A DNA stretch of 62,068 nucleotides, the filler included, from Anaerolineae bacterium (GTDB lineage: Bacteria; Chloroflexota; Anaerolineae; Epilineales; Epilineaceae): the NCBI GenBank assembly GCA_029262755.1. It is 8 parts of 8 records of this genome, joined end to end, with 100 filler letters (N's around TTAATTAATTAA, not from the genome) between each part and the next. Parts side by side here need not be neighbours in the genome. Positions count along the whole stretch, not along the records: positions 9,657 to 27,712 come from JAJCYU010000290.1; 7 more parts are not named here. The stretch is one strand, 5' to 3'. Under the pieces are notes generated by a model. The model worked only from the letters and a program-made list of their open reading frames with translations, did not search any database and was not told the origin of the DNA. Position 1 is the first letter of the stretch, and each line of letters begins with the position of its first letter. Made by a program: the position numbers and the translations under genes. Positions 19,188 through 27,812 of the stretch are shown here, piece by piece.

Positions 19188-21359
19188 TCACGGCCCCACC
19201 CCCACCCGGTAGCCCAGCAGCCCCGCCTCCTGCGTCGCCACCCATAACACGCCGTGATGCAACGTCATCGCGACAACCTCGCTGGGCACGTCGAGGCGCG
19301 CGATCTCGCGCGGGCGGGCCGGCTCGCGGATGTCGATCAGACGCAGGTTCTTGCTGTAGCCCAGCCACAGATAGGGCCAGCCGAGTACGAGCTGCAAGGC
19401 GCGCTCGTCGCCCTCGTCCAAATGCGCGATCTCGCGCGGTGCGCCGGCGCCGACGAGGTCGACCACGCGCAGTCCGCCGCTGTCCGCCGCAACGTAGGCC
19501 GTGCCTTGCCACGTGACATTGTCGCGGACGGGGGCGGGCATCGTGAGGTGCTCGAGAACCGTGGGGCTCTCGGGGTCCGTCGCGTCGACGATGGTCAGCG
19601 CGCCGGGGCCGTCCCAATCGTACATGCCACAGCGGTAGCGCTCGTGGCCGATCACGACCGTGGACGAGGCGGAGTCCGTGGCGATGCGCGTGATGTCGGC
19701 CGGCAGGTCATCCGCGCTATCGAGCACGGCGGCCCACCGAGGCCTCTCGATGTCGGCCAGGTCCAACGCGGCGACGACGGGGCACCGGGAGGGGGAGAGC
19801 CTATCGGTGCTGTGCGTGCCGCCGGCCATCCAGGCCGTGTCGCCGAGCAGCGCCCCGCTCTGCGCGAACCACATCGGTCTGCCTTCGTCGCCGCTCGTCG
19901 TGGGAACGGAAACACTGCGCATGCTTGGCTGGAGCGTGATCAGCTCGAAGGATGCCCGCTGCATCGAGGCGTCCAATATGGGGTTGCCGAAGGCCCAGGT
20001 GGCGTTGAGCCGGATCGCTCCGCGCCAGAGGGTGATCTCCCCCACATGCCGCGGCCGCCGCGGATCTCGCACATCGACACGCCGGCCGCCCAGGTCCAAC
20101 GCAGCCTCGTTCAGCAAACGCGATAGCTCCTCCCCGATGAGGTCGCCCGGGCTCCGCATACCACCGCGTCGGCGGGGGGCGCGCGGGTCGCTGATGTCGG
20201 CCAGGATGAAACCGCCGTCTTCGGTGCCGCGCGCCGCCACCACGAAGTCGCCGTCCGTGGCCACGGCGTCGCCGCGCACGAGGTCGGTGCCCTTCGTATC
20301 GTCAAGCGGGCCGGAGATGCGACGTGGGAACCAGGGATCGGCGAGATCGTAGAGCCTTCCGTCGGCCACCAGCCCACTCTGCGCGATGACCATGCCCGCA
20401 CGCACAGAACCGCGGTCGTCTCCAAGGCTCACGTGCCCCACGTCCACCAAGTGCGCCGGATCGCGGGCGTCAAGCACATAGATCTCACGACGGGAATGCA
20501 CGAAGAGGGTCGCACCGTACACCAACGACGACATCGACTTCCCGTCGCCATCGAAGACATCAAGCAATTGGATGGCCACCGGGTCGCGGACGTCGAGCAC
20601 GTGCAAGCCCCGACGCTCGTCGGTGAGGAAGGCCGTCTCGCCGCGGCGCGTGACGTGCACGGCCCGCTCGGGTGCCTTCCATCGTCCGAGTTCGCGGATC
20701 GCCGTCGGATCGCGCAGGTCCAGCGCGAGGAGGTGGTCGGTGTCGGCGAGCAGCCCGACGTCCGTGCTCACCTCGAGCGAGAGACTGTGTCCGGGTGTTT
20801 CGAACGCGCCCACCACGGTCATGCTGCCAGGCGACGCGACGTCGAGCGCAAGGATCCCGGCAGGGCCCGCGGCAACCCACGCCAGATCGCCGGCAAGCTG
20901 AATGTCCTCGACGACACCCGCCAGCAAGGGGCTGCCCCCGATCTCCACGGGCGCATCCGGATCCGTCACGTCGAAGGCCAGGACGCGCGCCCCGACCCCC
21001 ACGAACACCGTGCGGCCGCGCATCGCGATGCCGCGCGAAGCACCCCCGAGCCCCGACAGCCACTCAGGGGCGGGCAGCGGCGCGGCCTCGAGGCGCGGGA
21101 GGTAGGCCGGCAGCTCCGAGGTGAGCGGCGCGGCGGCGCGCAGGGCGGCGGGGTCGGCGGCCGACGGTGGCGCGGGGGCGATGACGTGGGGCGCGGAAAG
21201 GCCGGAGGCGGGGGCGTCGATGGACGGCAGCGCCAGCCGGAAGCGGGGCGATCCGCCCAACGCCACGACAACGACCGCGCCGAACGCGAGCGCCAACGCT
21301 GCGCCGGTCATGCCGCGTAGTGGGTTCGATGGGGTGGGGCGACTCGGTCGGTCGGTCAT
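19188..21359 (-). CDS. LVIVD-repeat beta-propeller protein with N-terminal signal/TM anchor
   Basis: AFDVTDPDAP, LHVLDVRDP, ILADISDPRAP, LTIVDATDPESP, AYVAADSGGLRVVDL repeats. Confidence 0.85.
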   Translation of the reverse strand: MTDRPSRPTPSNPLRGMTGAALALAFGAVVVVALGGSPRFRLALPSIDAPASGLSAPHVIAPAPPSAADPAALRAAAPLTSELPAYLPRLEAAPLPAPEWLSGLGGASRGIAMRGRTVFVGVGARVLAFDVTDPDAPVEIGGSPLLAGVVEDIQLAGDLAWVAAGPAGILALDVASPGSMTVVGAFETPGHSLSLEVSTDVGLLADTDHLLALDLRDPTAIRELGRWKAPERAVHVTRRGETAFLTDERRGLHVLDVRDPVAIQLLDVFDGDGKSMSSLVYGATLFVHSRREIYVLDARDPAHLVDVGHVSLGDDRGSVRAGMVIAQSGLVADGRLYDLADPWFPRRISGPLDDTKGTDLVRGDAVATDGDFVVAARGTEDGGFILADISDPRAPRRRGGMRSPGDLIGEELSRLLNEAALDLGGRRVDVRDPRRPRHVGEITLWRGAIRLNATWAFGNPILDASMQRASFELITLQPSMRSVSVPTTSGDEGRPMWFAQSGALLGDTAWMAGGTHSTDRLSPSRCPVVAALDLADIERPRWAAVLDSADDLPADITRIATDSASSTVVIGHERYRCGMYDWDGPGALTIVDATDPESPTVLEHLTMPAPVRDNVTWQGTAYVAADSGGLRVVDLVGAGAPREIAHLDEGDERALQLVLGWPYLWLGYSKNLRLIDIREPARPREIARLDVPSEVVAMTLHHGVLWVATQEAGLLGYRVGVGP

Positions 21360-21471
21360 GGTGTCAGCCTAGGTGCGTGGCGGAATGAACGCAACCGCCC
21401 CCGAGCGCAAGGGTTGGGGTGTCGGGCCTCTGAAACGAGCCGCCAAGCCTTGACCCTTCACGCATCGAACG

Positions 21472-21975
21472 TCACTTCGCGACGCCCCCCATAGTAGGAA
21501 GGAATCCAATCACCATCACGACGCAGGCGTAAAGCGCATACAGGCCTCTGCCCACTTGCAAGCTGAACGTTCCCCCGACGCCGAGATCGGCGTGCATAAG
21601 GGGTTTCACCGGCGTCATTGCAACCGCCACGAGCATGGCGGCACCGATGAGGAGGCATGCCTCCCGCACGGAGAACTTCCTCAAGACGCGCGGCGACGAA
21701 TGAAACGCGGATAGGGCCAGCAGGGCACAACCTGCGAGAAGAATCCAACCGGCAGGCAGGGCATAGAGCGCCGGCCCAAAGACGTTGGGCCCTCCGTCTG
21801 AGGATCCCAGAGTGCGTTCCAGCGCTGCGAAATCCTCAACACTTCCGGAGAAACTGTAGTTGGGTCCCCGAAAGGGAAGGAGGAGCAGCAAGATGCCGCT
21901 GACGAACAGGCGGCGCGCGTTCGGCCGGCCTTCGTTCGGATCGAGAATCGCCTGCGGATCGCCTTCTTCGTCCAT
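21472..21975 (-). CDS. Hypothetical membrane protein (about 4 TM)
   Basis: Four hydrophobic segments; start uncertain (ATG 21975 or GTG 22005). Confidence 0.55.
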   Translation of the reverse strand: MDEEGDPQAILDPNEGRPNARRLFVSGILLLLLPFRGPNYSFSGSVEDFAALERTLGSSDGGPNVFGPALYALPAGWILLAGCALLALSAFHSSPRVLRKFSVREACLLIGAAMLVAVAMTPVKPLMHADLGVGGTFSLQVGRGLYALYACVVMVIGFLPTMGGVAK

Positions 21976-22236
21976 GGTCGTAAGACTACGAGCGCTACCG
22001 TGCAAGGCAATCCCTTCGAACGAGCTGGCGGGTTCTTACGCCGAGCCACCTACACAGGCCTCACCTGCACTCACACCAAGCGCCGCGCTTGGGCAACGAG
22101 CTGAGTCGCCCGAATCCGATGGAACGGTTGCGCACGACTCAGCGTTGGACCCACGTCACCGCGCGCAATACCGCGCGCATCACCGCCCGCTTCGACCCCA
22201 CGCCCAGCCGAGCTTTCACGTGCAGGAGCGACCGCC

Positions 22237-22380
22237 ATGGCCACCACGAGCCAGGCCGTTGCCCGCTATCGGCTCATCGTCTCCCGCGCGATCGGCCTCG
22301 GCGAGCTCGAAGAGATCATGTCGCGCAGCTCCATCGTGACCGCCTCCTACGCGGCCCTCGTGCTCGCCGACTCGCGGTAG
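22237..22380 (+). CDS. Small ORF or gene remnant (47 aa)
   Basis: AGGAG RBS then ATG; MATTSQAVARYRLIVSRAIGLGELEEIMSRSSIVTASYAALVLADSR; high-GC3 codon usage. Confidence 0.4.
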   Translation: MATTSQAVARYRLIVSRAIGLGELEEIMSRSSIVTASYAALVLADSR

Positions 22381-22722
22381 ACGCGATGGCGCGGCGGTGA
22401 GCGTCTGCGCAAACCCGCTACGCCAATTCAGAGCCCCAAACTCAGCCCCTGACCCGCACAAGGTCAGGGGCTGAGTGCGTGAGGGTCAGGGGCTGGGAGG
22501 GCGGGTTGGATAGGAGGCAAGTGGGCCAATGTAGGGAGCGAAGGGCGTCGAAGTAGGAAGGGAAGTGCAGCGTGGCAGGTATCGAAGTGCGGTGATGCCC
22601 CTACTTGCGTCAGGGAAGGTGCCGATTCGGCTGCCCAAACGACCACTTCTACCTTCCTATGGCGTTCGATCTGCTACGCACGCCGTTCACCGTGAGCGGT
22701 CGTCCACACCAGCATGAAGGCC

Positions 22723-25386
22723 TCAAAGCACCTCGATTACACCCCGGTTGCCGTCGATGCGCACCCGCTGTCCGGTCTGCAATCGTTCGGTGGCGCCGCG
22801 CACGCCCACGACTGCGGGGATGCCGTACTCGCGCGCCACCACCGAGCCGTGGGTCATGATGCCGCCGATTTCGAGGATGAGGCCGCCGGCGTTGATGAAC
22901 AGCGGCGTCCAACCGGGGTCGGTGAAGGGTGCGACCAGGATCTCGCCCGGCGCGAGGGTCTCGGTGAGCGGGTCGCGAATCACATGGACAAGCCCCTCAA
23001 CCACGCCGCCGGAGACCGCCGCGCCGACCAATGCGCCGGGCGGCGCATCGGCCACGTGGTGTTCGACCGTCGGGATCTCGCCGTCGCTGGTGATCACCAT
23101 GGGCGGGGTCAATGTGTCGAAACGAAGGATGTCTTGGCGCCGTGCGGGGATCTGCGCGACCGTGTCCGCTCCTTGGCCGCGGCAGAGGGCGAGCAGCTCG
23201 GGCAGGGATAGGAACCATACATCCGCGGTTTGCTGCAGCTTGCCGTCCGCGACGAGGCGGGGGGCAGTCTCCTCCAGGGCCTCCTTGAGCAGCCGGAACA
23301 CCTGAACGGCCAGGAATTTGTGGTGCTCGCGCAGCACGCCACCCTCGTGAGACACGTGGATCAGCCGGCGCATGATCCGGGCGCGGAGCCGGCCGCCCGG
23401 GCCGTGATTCGCTCCGGACACGAGGCGCGCCACGGCGCCGCGGCGGGCCTCGGCCAGCGCTTCGTGCTGGGCGCGATGACTGCCCGGCTCTTGCTCCACG
23501 TGCTTGGCGATCACCTTGAGCAGCGGCAACGGCTCCTCGTACCAACGCGGTGTCGCGATGTCGATCTCGGCGGAGCCGCGGGCGCCGTATTCAGTGAGGA
23601 AGTCCCGCCAGGCCACCATGAACGGGCCGCTGCCCTCGGCGCGCTCGGCCTCGGCTAGCCACGACCGGCTGTCCGCGCCCAGCTCCGCAAGCAGCGCGAC
23701 CACCGCTGGTGCGCGGCGCGCGACGTCCGCCACGTCGCCCAGGGCCAAGTTCATCTCGGTAACCGCGTTGCCTGGCAGGCCAAGGTCGTAGGCGTCCAGG
23801 TCGTGCGGATCGGCCCAAGAGCCGGCCAAACGGGGGATCAGCCGCTGCGCGAGCGCACCGGCGGCGAACTGCGGAAGCCACACCAGGGCCACGGGGAGCA
23901 GCCGCCCGAGCTCCGCGATGACCGCCCCAACCGCGGCCTCGCCGGGTTCCGCCCCGGCGAGGCGGGCACGCACGTCGCGCAGATGCAGCGCGATCCGCTC
24001 GTCGGCGACGCGGTAGCGGTCGCTCAGGTCCTGCCAACCGACGGCCGCCAGCACGCGCAGCGCAACGCGCGCGATGGCGCGCCGTTGCGCGAAAGAGGCA
24101 CGGATCTGGTGAGGCCGCTGGAACTCCGGACGCCGGCTGGCCTTGTCCAGGGCTTCCGGCGCCAGCCCGTCGAATTGCGACAGCACGCCCATGAGGACCT
24201 TGCGCAGCCGCGGATGGCGTAGCGCCTGCGTGATGTCGGCGAACATCCGGCCGGCGTTCGAGCGCACCAAGCGGGACTCGGTCTCTCCATGCTCCTTGCC
24301 GATCGGCACCAGGCAGCGCACGACAGACATGCCCATGGGCGACATGGCGCGGGTCATGTTCTGCTGATGGCCCATGCTGAAGAAGACGTGCAGGCTGTCA
24401 TCCGGAGAGACTAGGCCATCGATGGGGAAGAGCGAGGTGATGGGTCGCGCCTGAAGCAGGTGGATCCGCCCGTCCTGGATGGCCCACTCGATGTCCTGGG
24501 GCGCGCCGTAGTGCGCCTCTACGCTACGCCCGAGATCCGCCAGCGCCAGGATCTGCTCGTCCGTGAGCGCCGTGGCGGCGCGTCGCGTGTCGTCCAGCGC
24601 CACCTTGTCGACGCCGCCATCCGCACGGGGGACGATTGCCACCTGCTTATCGGCGATCCGGCGGTCGACGATGCTGCGGCTGCGCGTGTCGACGCGGAAG
24701 GCATCCGGCGAGACCAGGCCGCCGACCAGGGCTTCGCCGAGGCCGAAGCCGGCGTCGATGGCCACCGTGTGCCGATGGCCGCTCAAGGGATCCGCCGTGA
24801 AGAGCGTGCCGGACACATCGGAGTCGATCATCTGCTGGACGATCACCGAGAGCCCCACGCCGCGGTGGTCGAAGCCGCTGCGGATCCGGTAGAGGATGGC
24901 CCGGTCGGTGAAGAGCGAGACCCAACAGCGCCGCACCGCATCGATCAGGGCGGCCTCGTCCAGCACGTTGAGGTAGGTGTCCTGCTGCCCGGCGAAGGAG
25001 GCATCCGGCAGGTCCTCGGCGGTGGCGCTCGAACGCACGGCATAGGCTCGGTCCGTCCCGATCCCGCGCCATGCCCGAGCGACTGCCGCCTGGATGTCCG
25101 GCGGCACGGGGACCGTGAGCAGCGTCTCGCGCACCCGCCGGCCCGCCGCGCGCGCACCGGCGAGGTCGTCGAGGCGCACGCCGTCCAAGAGCGCGTAGAG
25201 CTCGTCGAGGCGAGGGTAGGCCGAGAGGAAGTGGTGGAAGGCGTCCGTCGTGAGACAGAAGCCGGGCGGCACGGGGAAGCCGAAATGGGTCATTTCGCCC
25301 AGATTCGCGCCCTTGCCGCCGACGAGGGGCAGGTCGGTGGCGCGGATGTCGGCGAAGGGCAGGATCCACGCGTCTTGGTCTGTCAC
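22723..25386 (-). CDS. PEP-utilising phosphotransferase with rifamycin phosphotransferase (RPH)-like architecture
   Basis: ATP-grasp (VGGKGANLGEM, AVRSSATAEDLPDASFAGQQDT, PQDIEWA, LQARPIT); central domain (HVFFSMGHQQNMT, PGNAVTEMNLAL, YGARGSAEIDIATPRW); C-terminal His swivel (TDPGWTPLF, GGIMTHGSVVAREYGIPAV). GTG start overlaps the upstream TGA and has a GGAGG RBS. Confidence 0.85.
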   Translation of the reverse strand: MTDQDAWILPFADIRATDLPLVGGKGANLGEMTHFGFPVPPGFCLTTDAFHHFLSAYPRLDELYALLDGVRLDDLAGARAAGRRVRETLLTVPVPPDIQAAVARAWRGIGTDRAYAVRSSATAEDLPDASFAGQQDTYLNVLDEAALIDAVRRCWVSLFTDRAILYRIRSGFDHRGVGLSVIVQQMIDSDVSGTLFTADPLSGHRHTVAIDAGFGLGEALVGGLVSPDAFRVDTRSRSIVDRRIADKQVAIVPRADGGVDKVALDDTRRAATALTDEQILALADLGRSVEAHYGAPQDIEWAIQDGRIHLLQARPITSLFPIDGLVSPDDSLHVFFSMGHQQNMTRAMSPMGMSVVRCLVPIGKEHGETESRLVRSNAGRMFADITQALRHPRLRKVLMGVLSQFDGLAPEALDKASRRPEFQRPHQIRASFAQRRAIARVALRVLAAVGWQDLSDRYRVADERIALHLRDVRARLAGAEPGEAAVGAVIAELGRLLPVALVWLPQFAAGALAQRLIPRLAGSWADPHDLDAYDLGLPGNAVTEMNLALGDVADVARRAPAVVALLAELGADSRSWLAEAERAEGSGPFMVAWRDFLTEYGARGSAEIDIATPRWYEEPLPLLKVIAKHVEQEPGSHRAQHEALAEARRGAVARLVSGANHGPGGRLRARIMRRLIHVSHEGGVLREHHKFLAVQVFRLLKEALEETAPRLVADGKLQQTADVWFLSLPELLALCRGQGADTVAQIPARRQDILRFDTLTPPMVITSDGEIPTVEHHVADAPPGALVGAAVSGGVVEGLVHVIRDPLTETLAPGEILVAPFTDPGWTPLFINAGGLILEIGGIMTHGSVVAREYGIPAVVGVRGATERLQTGQRVRIDGNRGVIEVL

Positions 25387-26048
25387 AACCATCCTCCGAT
25401 GCCGCGCAGCAGAAAGAGCAGGCCAAAGAGGGCCGGTAGCCGGATCCCGATGGGGCGCCGGTTGGCGTGCAGGGCATCCTTGAAGCGCATCAGCCAGGCC
25501 CGCGCGCGGTTCGGGAAGCTGAGGTAGACAACAATCGGCAGGATCACGGAGGAACAGAACACCAATACGTCGAGCAGTACGATCCCTACCTGGGCCGAGA
25601 GGCTTAGATCGCTGGTCACCGGCACCGAGACGGCCGACAGGAAGATCGCCAGGTTCTTGAAGTTGACCACCGTCACGAGGGCTCCCAGGCCCAAGGCCTT
25701 TCCGGGCGTGGCATCGTCCACCATCGTGAAAATGCGGGAGGGTCCCTCGCTGGTGGCGGGCGCCTTGCGCGCATTCCGCAGCGCGATCCACAGCAGCAAT
25801 GCCCCGACGGCCAACGACAGTATGGCCGAAGCCCCGCCGCCGCCCGTCTCGGCCTTTGGCGCCTCGGCGCCCACGAACACGGCGGCGAGCCCGATGAGCG
25901 TGTAGCCGCCCGTATAGCCCAGCGCGTAGGCCACGCCCTTGCGCCACCCGCCGGCCGAGATCAGCAGCAGGATCACGATCGTGATGGAGCCGACGGAGAC
26001 AATGCCGCCGGTGGCCAGCACCAAGGACTCGATCCACACAGCGTTCAC
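25383..26048 (-). CDS. GAP/Sap-family (LysE-superfamily-like) membrane protein
   Basis: Six TM pattern; ITIVILLLIS, ALGLGALVTVVNFKNLAIFLSA, LMRFKDALHANRR; AGGAG RBS before GTG. Confidence 0.75.
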   Translation of the reverse strand: MNAVWIESLVLATGGIVSVGSITIVILLLISAGGWRKGVAYALGYTGGYTLIGLAAVFVGAEAPKAETGGGGASAILSLAVGALLLWIALRNARKAPATSEGPSRIFTMVDDATPGKALGLGALVTVVNFKNLAIFLSAVSVPVTSDLSLSAQVGIVLLDVLVFCSSVILPIVVYLSFPNRARAWLMRFKDALHANRRPIGIRLPALFGLLFLLRGIGGWL

Positions 26049-26098
26049 GCGCTAGCTCCTCCAGCCACGTCGGGCGCCTCTCCCCCCCCACAGTGTTA

Positions 26099-26257
26099 GG
26101 GCTCGTCCGTTAACAAGGTCGCCAACCGAGGGCGTTGCTGCGCCGCTGTGCTGGTTCGATGCGCCGAAGTAATAGCAGCGCTATGGCTGCGCAACCGCGG
26201 GCCGGCACAGCGTGCGCAGCGACGGCCGAATTGGTGAGATTGTTGACGGACGAGGCC
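26099..26257. mobile_element. 159-bp MITE-like element with 18-bp TIRs and TTA target duplication
   Basis: Left GGGCTCGTCCGTTAACAA; right end reverse-complements to GGCCTCGTCCGTCAACAA (16/18); TTA at 26096-26098 and 26258-26260; interior is self-complementary; no ORF. Confidence 0.75.
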
Positions 26258-26269
26258 TTAACAGCGTGA

Positions 26270-27712
26270 CTACGCCTGCGAGGCAAACACCCCGATGCCG
26301 GCCCCGATCTCGTGCAGCTTGACGGGGTACCGGTTCTCCCAGGACTGCGCCATACGCTCATGGGTGAAGAGGGCCACCGTCTGGCCGTCGGAATCCACGA
26401 CCCGCTTCACCAGGGCCCAAGGGAGGCGTTTGATTGTCGCCGCGTCCGCATCGACCACCCTCGCGGTGGAGTGGGGTAGGAGTTCTAGACGCGTCTTGAC
26501 CCCATACTCGCTCTCGAGGCGGAACTGCACCACGTCGAACTGCAAGCGGCCGACGACTCCGAGTATCGGCTCGAGGCGGTGGGCGTCCGGCACCGCGTAT
26601 ACCTGCATGGCCCCCTCGGCCTCCAGCTGGAGCACGCCCTTCTGAAATTGCTTGTAGCGCCGCGTCTCCACGTTGTGGAGCACGGCGAAGTGCTCGGGGG
26701 CGAAGCGAGGCATGGCCTCGAATTGAACCGGGTCGCCCGTACAGATCGTGTCGCCGATGGTGAAGGCGCCGGGGTTGATCAGGCCGATGACATCCCCTGG
26801 GAAGGCCTCGTCGAGGATTTCACGCTCGTTGGCGAACGAACGGTGGGGCCGCGACAGGCGGATGGTCCGCCCAGTGCGGGAATGGTGCACCTGCATGTCG
26901 CGCTCGAAGTGCCCCGAACAGACCCGGACGAAGGCCACGCTATCTCGATGTTGAGGATTCATGTTCGACTGGATCTTGAAAACGAATGCCGCGAAGTCGT
27001 CCCTCACCGGGTCCACCGGCCCGCTCTCGGAGGCCCGCGGGCCCGGGGACGGCGCCATCTCCAGGAACCGGTCGAGGAACATCTGCACGCCAAAATTGTT
27101 CAGTGCGCTGCCAAAGAACACAGGGGTCTGCTCGCCCGCGAGGAAGGCGCCCTGGTCGAAGGGCGCGCCCACGGCATCCAGTAGCTCCAACTCCTCCCGA
27201 TAGTTTGCGAAGTCCACCCCTCCCAATCGCTCGCGGATCCGCGGGTCGTCCGGAGCACACGCTCCTTCGATCCTCGCCTCGCGCCCGGCTTCCGCCCGCT
27301 GGAACAGCAGCGCCTGGCCACTGTCGCGGTCGTAGACGCCGGCAAAGCGGTCGCCGCTGCCGACCGGCCAGTTCATGGGCACCACGTCCATTTGCAGCAA
27401 GGACCCGATCTCGTCCATCAGCTCCAGCCGATCCTTTCCGGGCCGGTCGAGCTTGTTGATGAACGTCAGGATCGGAATGCCCCGCTGACGGCAGACGCGG
27501 AACAGCTTTGTAGTCTGCTCCTCGATGCCCTTGGCGGCATCCAGGACCATCACGGCGCTGTCCGCGGCCGTGAGCGTGCGATAGGTATCCTCGGAGAAGT
27601 CCTGGTGTCCCGGCGTGTCCAGGAGGTTCACACAGTAGCCGTTGTAGCCGAACTGGAGCACCGTGGAGGTCACCGAGATGCCCCGGTCCTGCTCCATCTG
27701 CATCCAGTCCGA
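26270..27712 (-). CDS. prfC: Peptide chain release factor 3, 5' truncated
   Basis: SDWMQMEQDRGISVTS, LLDTPGHQDFSEDTYRTL, FINKLDR, FFGSALNNFG, FKIQSNMNPQHRD, GRLQFDVVQFRLESEY. Confidence 0.96.
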   Translation of the reverse strand, partial: SDWMQMEQDRGISVTSTVLQFGYNGYCVNLLDTPGHQDFSEDTYRTLTAADSAVMVLDAAKGIEEQTTKLFRVCRQRGIPILTFINKLDRPGKDRLELMDEIGSLLQMDVVPMNWPVGSGDRFAGVYDRDSGQALLFQRAEAGREARIEGACAPDDPRIRERLGGVDFANYREELELLDAVGAPFDQGAFLAGEQTPVFFGSALNNFGVQMFLDRFLEMAPSPGPRASESGPVDPVRDDFAAFVFKIQSNMNPQHRDSVAFVRVCSGHFERDMQVHHSRTGRTIRLSRPHRSFANEREILDEAFPGDVIGLINPGAFTIGDTICTGDPVQFEAMPRFAPEHFAVLHNVETRRYKQFQKGVLQLEAEGAMQVYAVPDAHRLEPILGVVGRLQFDVVQFRLESEYGVKTRLELLPHSTARVVDADAATIKRLPWALVKRVVDSDGQTVALFTHERMAQSWENRYPVKLHEIGAGIGVFASQA

Positions 27713-27812
27713 NNNNNNNNNNNNNNNNNNNNNNNNNNNNNNNNNNNNNNNNNNNNTTAATTAATTAANNNNNNNNNNNNNNNNNNNNNNNNNNNNNNNN
27801 NNNNNNNNNNNN

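Noticed and set aside
25387..26091. N-terminal extension of the 1122-aa ORF
   Set aside because: It overlaps the GAP-family gene in another frame; the RBS and coupling point to a start at 25386.
26049..26269. Rifamycin-associated regulatory element upstream of the RPH-like operon
   Set aside because: The palindromes here are explained by the MITE, and I cannot match a separate element confidently by eye.
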